In this document: piece after piece, positions 58,377-64,000 of the stretch
How positions within the stretch are numbered: position 1 is the first letter of the stretch
How the letters are laid out: each line of letters begins with the position of its first letter
Source of the DNA: an uncultured Candidatus Binatia bacterium
Lineage (GTDB): Bacteria > Desulfobacterota > Binatia > Bin18
Reading direction: 5' to 3'
DNA: 64,000 bases
Assembly: GCA_965200965.1 (NCBI GenBank)
Contig: OZ241744.1
Coordinates: 3,556,517-3,620,516 of the forward strand
Program-made: the position numbers and the translations under genes
The notes under the pieces: model-generated
Told to the model about the DNA's origin: nothing
The model's input: only the letters and a program-made list of their open reading frames with translations
Databases searched by the model: none

Positions 58377-59059
58377 CAAGCGCACTCGGCCAGATCGGCA
58401 TTGACGAGTCGGGCAAAGGCGACTACTTCGGCCCGCTGGTCATCGCCGGTGTCCACGTCCCGCCCGAGCTGGAAGGGTCGCTCCGGGAGGCCGGCGTCCG
58501 CGACAGCAAGACCCTCTCCGACACCAGAGCAGCCGTCCTCTCCGGGACGATCCGGCGCATCTGCCCACATACCGTTGTGGCAATCGGGCCTGAACGCTAC
58601 AACAGCCTGTACGCCTCATTCAACAATCTGAACAAGCTCTTAGCCTGGGGCCATGCCCGCGCCCTTGAGAACCTGCTGGCAGAGGTCGCGTGTAAGCGGG
58701 TGGTCGCCGACCAGTTCGGCGACGAGCGCTTTCTCGCCAACGCGTTGATGAAAAAGGGGCGGCGCGTCACCCTTATACAGAAACCCCGCGCCGAAACCGA
58801 GACCGCGGTGGCCGCGGCGTCCATAGTCGCCAGGGCTGAGTTTCTGCGCCGCTTGCAGGCCCTAGGCGACCGCTATGGCCGGCCCCTGCCCAAAGGGGCC
58901 GGCGCAGTCATCGCCGCCGGCAAAACCTTTGTTCGCCAGCACGGCCCCCACGCCCTCGGCCAAGTGGCCAAGTTGCACTTCCGCACAACCCACCAGATAC
59001 TGCAAGGACGGAACGTGTCCTCAGACCGAACGGAAGGCGACACGTTCCGTCCTCGTTGA
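58373..59059 (+). CDS. rnhC: Ribonuclease HIII catalytic domain (no N-terminal TBP-like domain)
   Basis: DESGKGDYFGPLV, DSK, DQF, VAAASIVAR, AKLHFRT. Confidence 0.85.
   Translation: MTSALGQIGIDESGKGDYFGPLVIAGVHVPPELEGSLREAGVRDSKTLSDTRAAVLSGTIRRICPHTVVAIGPERYNSLYASFNNLNKLLAWGHARALENLLAEVACKRVVADQFGDERFLANALMKKGRRVTLIQKPRAETETAVAAASIVARAEFLRRLQALGDRYGRPLPKGAGAVIAAGKTFVRQHGPHALGQVAKLHFRTTHQILQGRNVSSDRTEGDTFRPR
59004..59054. repeat. Intragenic palindromic element, copy C
   Basis: Perfect 15-bp arms aggacggaacgtgtc (59005-59019) and gacacgttccgtcct (59039-59053) with a 19-nt loop. Confidence 0.85.
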
Positions 59060-59091
59060 ATCACCGCGCAGATTCGGCTATCACGACTGCT

Positions 59092-59889
59092 ATGGCACAC
59101 CCACCACACGATTCCTTCGCTCGTCTGGTCGAAATTATGGCTCAGCTGCGGAGCCCCGAGGGCTGCCCCTGGGACCGGGAGCAGACGCCCGACTCCCTCA
59201 AACCCTACCTGCTTGAAGAAACCTACGAAGTCCTTGAAGCCCTGGAGGAGAGGAACTGGGCGGGGTTCAAGGAAGAACTCGGCGACCTGTTGCTCCAGAT
59301 TGTATTTCATGCCCAACTCATGGCCGAGTCCTGCATGTTCACCATTGACGATGTGGCCGGAGCGATCAGCGAGAAACTGGTCCGCCGCCATCCCCATGTC
59401 TTTGGCGACACCCAGGTCAAAGACGCCCGCGAGGTGGCGCAGAACTGGGCCAAGATCAAAGAGCAGGAGAAGAAAGGCCACGCCGACCAGTCAATTCTCG
59501 CCGGCGTGCCCAAGGCCGCCCCGGCCCTGCTGCAGGCCCAGCGTGTCGGTGAAAAAGCGTCACGGGTGGGCTTTGACTGGACATCGGCCACAGCAGTCTT
59601 TGAGAAAGTCCGGGAAGAAGTCGGCGAGCTGGCTGAGACGCTCCAGGGCCCCGCCCCAGACCCCGACCGCCAGGAACAGGAGTTGGGCGATGTGCTGTTT
59701 GTCCTGACCAGCCTGGCCCGCCATCTGGGTCTGAACGCCGAGGCAGCCTTGCGCCGGGCCAGCGTCCGCTTCAGTCGGCGCTTTCGGTATATCGAGGCCC
59801 AGCTGGAGGTCAACGCCGAAGACATCCACACCGCTCGGCTGGAACGCCTGGAAGAGTTGTGGCAGGCGGCCAAACAGACGCTCGGGTAG
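59092..59889 (+). CDS. mazG: Nucleoside triphosphate pyrophosphohydrolase MazG
   Basis: GCPWDREQT, EETYE, EELGDLLLQ, RRHPHVF and a second ELGD domain. Confidence 0.96.
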   Translation: MAHPPHDSFARLVEIMAQLRSPEGCPWDREQTPDSLKPYLLEETYEVLEALEERNWAGFKEELGDLLLQIVFHAQLMAESCMFTIDDVAGAISEKLVRRHPHVFGDTQVKDAREVAQNWAKIKEQEKKGHADQSILAGVPKAAPALLQAQRVGEKASRVGFDWTSATAVFEKVREEVGELAETLQGPAPDPDRQEQELGDVLFVLTSLARHLGLNAEAALRRASVRFSRRFRYIEAQLEVNAEDIHTARLERLEELWQAAKQTLG

Positions 59890-61390
59890 CAGGCCGGCCA
59901 GGGCTTTCAAGTCTGTCCTTCTGCCCCACCACATCAGCAGACCAAAGATCGTTATGCCAAGACCGATTGCCGCCAGCAGCCAAGCCAACCGGCCCAGCGC
60001 CGACAGCCCCGGGTCAAGCCACTGAATCCGGCTGGCCAGCAGCCACACCGGGCCGGCCATGCCGGACGCGGCCAAGAGACTCCAGGCCAGGGAGGACAGC
60101 CAGGCTGACCACGGCAGCCGGGGCAGGTGCCGAGACACGGTGAGAGCCAGCAGCAGCATATTGAGGGTCATGGCCAGGGAGGAGGCCAGCCCCAGCCCGA
60201 CTTGGGCCAGCAGCGCCAGTCCCGCGGTCCAGACTGGCGTGCGGGTATCGCCCAGGGCGTAGAGGAACGCAACCAGCAGGCGGCTGACGGCTAGTGGCCA
60301 CAGGCCAACGGCAAGGGTCTGGAGCGCGCCGGCCGTGCGCAGAAGCTGCTCGGCCTGGAAAGCCCCTCGAAAGAAGAGACTGGCAGTGACCGGAACGGCC
60401 AGCACCAGCAGTCCCAGCGTAGTCGGCACAACAACAATAGTCGTGACGCGCAGGGCAAAACCGAGACTCTCCCCCATCCCGATCAGAGCGTGCCGCTGGG
60501 CTTGGCCGGCGAAGCTCGGCAGGGCGGCGCTGGCCAGCGCCGCCACGATGAGACCCTGGGGAAACTCAAACAACCGGCTGGCATACCACAGGGCCGAGAC
60601 ACTCCCGGCCTCGAGCACAGACGCCAACGCGGTCGTGATCACCAGACCGAGCTGATAGACCGCGGCACCGAACACGACCGGGATGAGCAAGCTGCCAACC
60701 CGCTTGACCGCGGGGTGACATGGCCGCCAGCGCGGACCTAGGAGCAGCCCCAAACGGCTGAGGGTCGGCAGTTGCCAGGCGAGCCGGAGCACGCCGCCGA
60801 GCACGATACCGCAGGCTAGGCTGAAGGTCGGCTCGGCCAGGACTCCCGACAGCCCCAAGGCACAGCCGATAATCGCGATATTCAACAGCACCGGGGCGAA
60901 GGCCGGCGCGCTGAAATGCCGCTGCGCGTGTAACACGCCGGTCGCCAGGGCCAGGAGACCCACGCAAAAAAGATAGACAAAGGTAATCTCGGTCAGCGCG
61001 GCCGTGAGGATAAGCGCCTGTGGTCCAAAGCCCGGCGCAAAAACGCGTACCAGGGGATCGGCACACACAATCCCGACCCCGGTCAGTACCAGCAGAACCC
61101 CGCTGGTGACTCCGAACAGCGCGCGCAGCATGTCTTGGGTGTCGGCCTGGGAGTGATGGACCACATACTCGGTCACGACCGGAATAATCGCGGCATTGCT
61201 GGCCCCTTCTCCGACCAGGCGGCCGCAGCAGGTTGGGAATCCGAAAGGCGACAAAAAAGGCATCGGTGACCGCACCAGCCCCGAACAGGCTGGCGATCAG
61301 CATGTCTCGGATCAGCCCCGTTACCCGGCTGAGCAGGGTCCAGACGCCAATGTGACCTGCCGCCTGGACTATCTTGCGCTCCTCGCTCAC
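59860..61390 (-). pseudogene. murJ: Lipid II flippase MurJ, frameshifted (3' boundary approximate)
   Basis: TLLSRVTGLIRD...DAFFVAFRIPNLLR, then a frame change near 61225 to RLVGEGA...YASRLFEFPQG...DTRTP; no stop until 59560, inside mazG. Confidence 0.8.
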
Positions 61391-61502
61391 CAGGACTGCT
61401 CCGCGAGGTGGGCACGGCTGGCCTTCAGCCCGCCGCTGACATTGCTCGCCGGCGTGGTCCATGATAGGGAGTGCCCAGTCTGCACGGAAAGGAGAGTGCC
61501 CT

Positions 61503-61775
61503 GTGCCTTTTGCCGAGAAGAAACGATTTATTCAGAGCGAAGCCCGCCGGGTCAGGAATCACGCCACTAAATCACGGGTCAAGACCTTAATGAAGCGGGT
61601 CTCCAGTGCCCTTGAGGCCGGTGATGCGGCGGCGACTGACAGCCACCTGCGCAACGCCATCAGTGCGATTCAGAAAGCGGGCAGAAAGAGAGTGCTGCAC
61701 CCCAATACCGCGGCCCGGCGGATTGCCCAGCTCTCAAAAATGGTCCAGCGGTGGTCTATCGCTGCCAAGTCATAG
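61503..61775 (+). CDS. rpsT: 30S ribosomal protein S20
   Basis: KRFIQSEARRVRNHATKSRVKT...LHPNTAARR; AAGGAG upstream of a GTG start. Confidence 0.9.
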   Translation: MPFAEKKRFIQSEARRVRNHATKSRVKTLMKRVSSALEAGDAAATDSHLRNAISAIQKAGRKRVLHPNTAARRIAQLSKMVQRWSIAAKS

Positions 61776-61787
61776 CCTGGGGGGCGT

Positions 61788-62405
61788 CTAAAAGTTTTCT
61801 CCCAAACGAAAATACGCCGCCTGAGCGGCCTCTCTGATGAGACGCTCCAGGGAAATCCGTCGTTGGGTTTCCGCAAACTGGATGTCGGTAAAGCCCGATA
61901 GGTCCTGGGGGTCAAGCGTGCCCTGGAGAAAATCCGGGCTTGTGGTCACGGCCACCCGAGGCACCGAACTGGCCTCCTCAACGACCTGGATACCCTTGGC
62001 CTGCCACAGGACCTCGCCGCTATCCCGGTGGGTGAGTTGCATGTCAAAGGCCAGGGCGGCCTCGTATTCCAGGACTTGGTCGCGGCGGTCAAATGTCCGC
62101 GCTCGAAAAGAGATATCGGTCAGCCTGACATGCAGGATGCCCTCGCCCCGGTCGGACACCCGGAGCCCGCCATAGGTGCGAAATTCTCGCTCAAATGCCC
62201 ACCGGAGTTCTTTTTCGATCCCGGCTTCCGGGGTGTGGTTTTCAAACTCCGCAAAGCTGATGGTGGTGACTCCCTGGGGCAGGCTGGGGACTCCGGCAAC
62301 ACGATAGCCGCAGCCGACCGCCGGCACCTGTATCCCCAAGATTGCGATCACAACCCAGGCCACCGGCCGGGGCATTCTCCAGGTGCGGACTGTGGGTTTC
62401 ATCAT
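61788..62405 (-). CDS. lptE: LPS assembly lipoprotein LptE family protein
   Basis: Lipobox-like VGCGY, FENHT; directly downstream of leuS. Confidence 0.8.
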   Translation of the reverse strand: MMKPTVRTWRMPRPVAWVVIAILGIQVPAVGCGYRVAGVPSLPQGVTTISFAEFENHTPEAGIEKELRWAFEREFRTYGGLRVSDRGEGILHVRLTDISFRARTFDRRDQVLEYEAALAFDMQLTHRDSGEVLWQAKGIQVVEEASSVPRVAVTTSPDFLQGTLDPQDLSGFTDIQFAETQRRISLERLIREAAQAAYFRLGENF

Positions 62406-64000
62406 GACACCACGAAGTTCACCGTCCGCCCGGGAACCACGATTTCACGGTGGAGGGTCTTTCCCTCAAGATGGGTCCGAATCTTCTCATGCTCCCGTGC
62501 CGCGGCCAACAGGGTGTTCTGGTCGGCATCGGCCGCAATAGCAATTTTTGCCCGGACCTTTCCGTTGATCTGGACAGGGATCGTCCGGGTGTCTTCACGA
62601 ATCAGGGCCGGATCATAGCTCGGCCAGGCGGTGTAGGCCAAGCTGTTGGCATGGCCGAGCCGCTGCCACAACTCTTCGGCCAAGTGGGGGGCAAACGGGG
62701 CCAGCAGTAAGACCATCTGCTCGGCCAGTGTCCGGGGCAGCTGCTCGGCTTTGTGAGCCTCGTTGACCAGGACCATCAGGGCGCTCAAGGCCGTATGAAA
62801 TCGCAGCCCCTCGATATCGTCCGTTACCTTGTGGATCGTTTTGTGGAGCAGACGGGTCAGGCTCGCCCGCGGGTCAAGCGGCCGGTCCACAATCTGGGAC
62901 CGCACAGCCCCGCTATCGGCGATCAGCAAAGACCAGCTCCGGCCCAGGAAACGCGACACCCCGGCGACGGAGCGCGTATTCCACGGCTTGACCTGCTCCA
63001 GGGGGCCCATGAACATCTCGTAACAGCGCAGCGCATCAGCCCCGTACTGGGCAATCACGTCGTCGGGATTAACGACATTGCCGCGTGACTTTGACATTTT
63101 GTCGGTCTGGGGTTCCAGCTCGAGGTGTGGGTCGTGCGGATGATAGGGGGTTTCCTCATGCCAGACGACGTTGTTGACCGGCACATACTTGACCGACAGG
63201 CCGATGTCTGGACGGGATTTCAGGCCGTAGGTCGGAGGCTCATCTCCGTTCGTGGCGCTTTTTTGGACTTCCCGGTAGCTGTAGCGTTTGCCGTCACCGT
63301 CTTCGTAGTAGCGATAGCTGAAGCCCAGAATCATGCCCTGGTTGACAAGACGCTGGAACGGCTCCGGGGTGGAAACTACGCCACAGTCATAGAGGACATG
63401 GTGCCAGAAACGGGCGTACAGGAGGTGTAGAACGGCGTGCTCAACCCCCCCGATGTACAGGTCAACCGGCATCCAGTAGCGCTCTTTTTCCGGGTCGCAC
63501 AGGCGCTCGGTATTGTGGGGGTCAAGATAGCGTAGATAGTACCAGCAACTGCCGGCCCACTGCGGCATGGTATTGGTCTCGCGCAAGGCCGGTTTGCCGG
63601 TCAGCGGGTCCTGGGTTTCGACCCAGTGCCGGGCTGCGGCCAGCGGCGGCTCGCCGGTCCCGGTGGGGCGAAAACTTTCCACCTCGGGCAGCAAGACCGG
63701 CAGGTCTTTGGGGGCAAGTGGTGCGGGTGCATTGTCGATGTGCAGGATGGGAAACGGCTCGCCCCAGTAGCGTTGGCGGCTGAACAGCCAGTCCCGCAGT
63801 TTATACGTCACCGTTCCCTCGCCGTGGCCGTGCTGCTCGAGCCAGGCGATCATCCTGGTCTTGGCTTCGGCAATATCCAGGCCGTTGAGAAAGCCGGAGT
63901 TGACGTGCGGGCCGTCTCCGGTATACGCCTCTGTATCTGTGTCGCCGCCCCGGACGACCTCAACAATCGGGATGTTGAACCGCCGGGCAAACTCCCAGTC
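62402..64000 (-). CDS. leuS: Leucine--tRNA ligase, C-terminal part (starts beyond the window)
   Basis: LRDWLFSRQRYWGEP, MPQWAGSCWYY, KMSKS, VQINGKVR. Confidence 0.97.
   Translation of the reverse strand, partial: DWEFARRFNIPIVEVVRGGDTDTEAYTGDGPHVNSGFLNGLDIAEAKTRMIAWLEQHGHGEGTVTYKLRDWLFSRQRYWGEPFPILHIDNAPAPLAPKDLPVLLPEVESFRPTGTGEPPLAAARHWVETQDPLTGKPALRETNTMPQWAGSCWYYLRYLDPHNTERLCDPEKERYWMPVDLYIGGVEHAVLHLLYARFWHHVLYDCGVVSTPEPFQRLVNQGMILGFSYRYYEDGDGKRYSYREVQKSATNGDEPPTYGLKSRPDIGLSVKYVPVNNVVWHEETPYHPHDPHLELEPQTDKMSKSRGNVVNPDDVIAQYGADALRCYEMFMGPLEQVKPWNTRSVAGVSRFLGRSWSLLIADSGAVRSQIVDRPLDPRASLTRLLHKTIHKVTDDIEGLRFHTALSALMVLVNEAHKAEQLPRTLAEQMVLLLAPFAPHLAEELWQRLGHANSLAYTAWPSYDPALIREDTRTIPVQINGKVRAKIAIAADADQNTLLAAAREHEKIRTHLEGKTLHREIVVPGRTVNFVVS

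Noticed and set aside
1-64000. tRNA, rRNA, CRISPR, prophage or transposase
   Set aside because: No cloverleaf, rRNA-like stretch, regular repeat-spacer array or matching protein motifs found by eye; small RNAs could have been missed.

Overview
High-GC bacterial chromosomal segment. Gene order and content (cofC, LLM oxygenase, CoA-transferase, Rieske oxygenase, Uma2, leuS-lptE-rpsT-murJ) are consistent with a Deltaproteobacteria-like lineage such as Binatia; this is inference only. Positions 1-16 kb hold accessory catabolic and repair genes, including an EndoQ-like PHP nuclease fused to a UvrD helicase, plus several decayed genes. Positions 16.1-19.8 kb are a small mosaic defence islet bracketed by REP-like hairpins. 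It holds two tandem MNT antitoxin genes with deleted HEPN partners, a 3' scrap resembling type I hsdS, an intact AT-rich SIR2-like NADase, and an ORF in which a HerA-like N-terminus is fused in frame to a beta-class DNA methyltransferase with a C-terminal HNH nuclease. Positions 20-64 kb are mostly housekeeping: coaD, rsmD, miaA, accA, pheA-hisC-tyrA-aroA-cmk-rpsA-ihfB, rimP-nusA-infB-rbfA-truB-rpsO-pnp-dut, purN, rnhC, mazG, murJ, rpsT, lptE and leuS. A ~50-bp palindromic element occurs three times, each time inside a coding sequence where it contributes amino acids. I found no rRNA, tRNA, CRISPR array, transposase or integrase.
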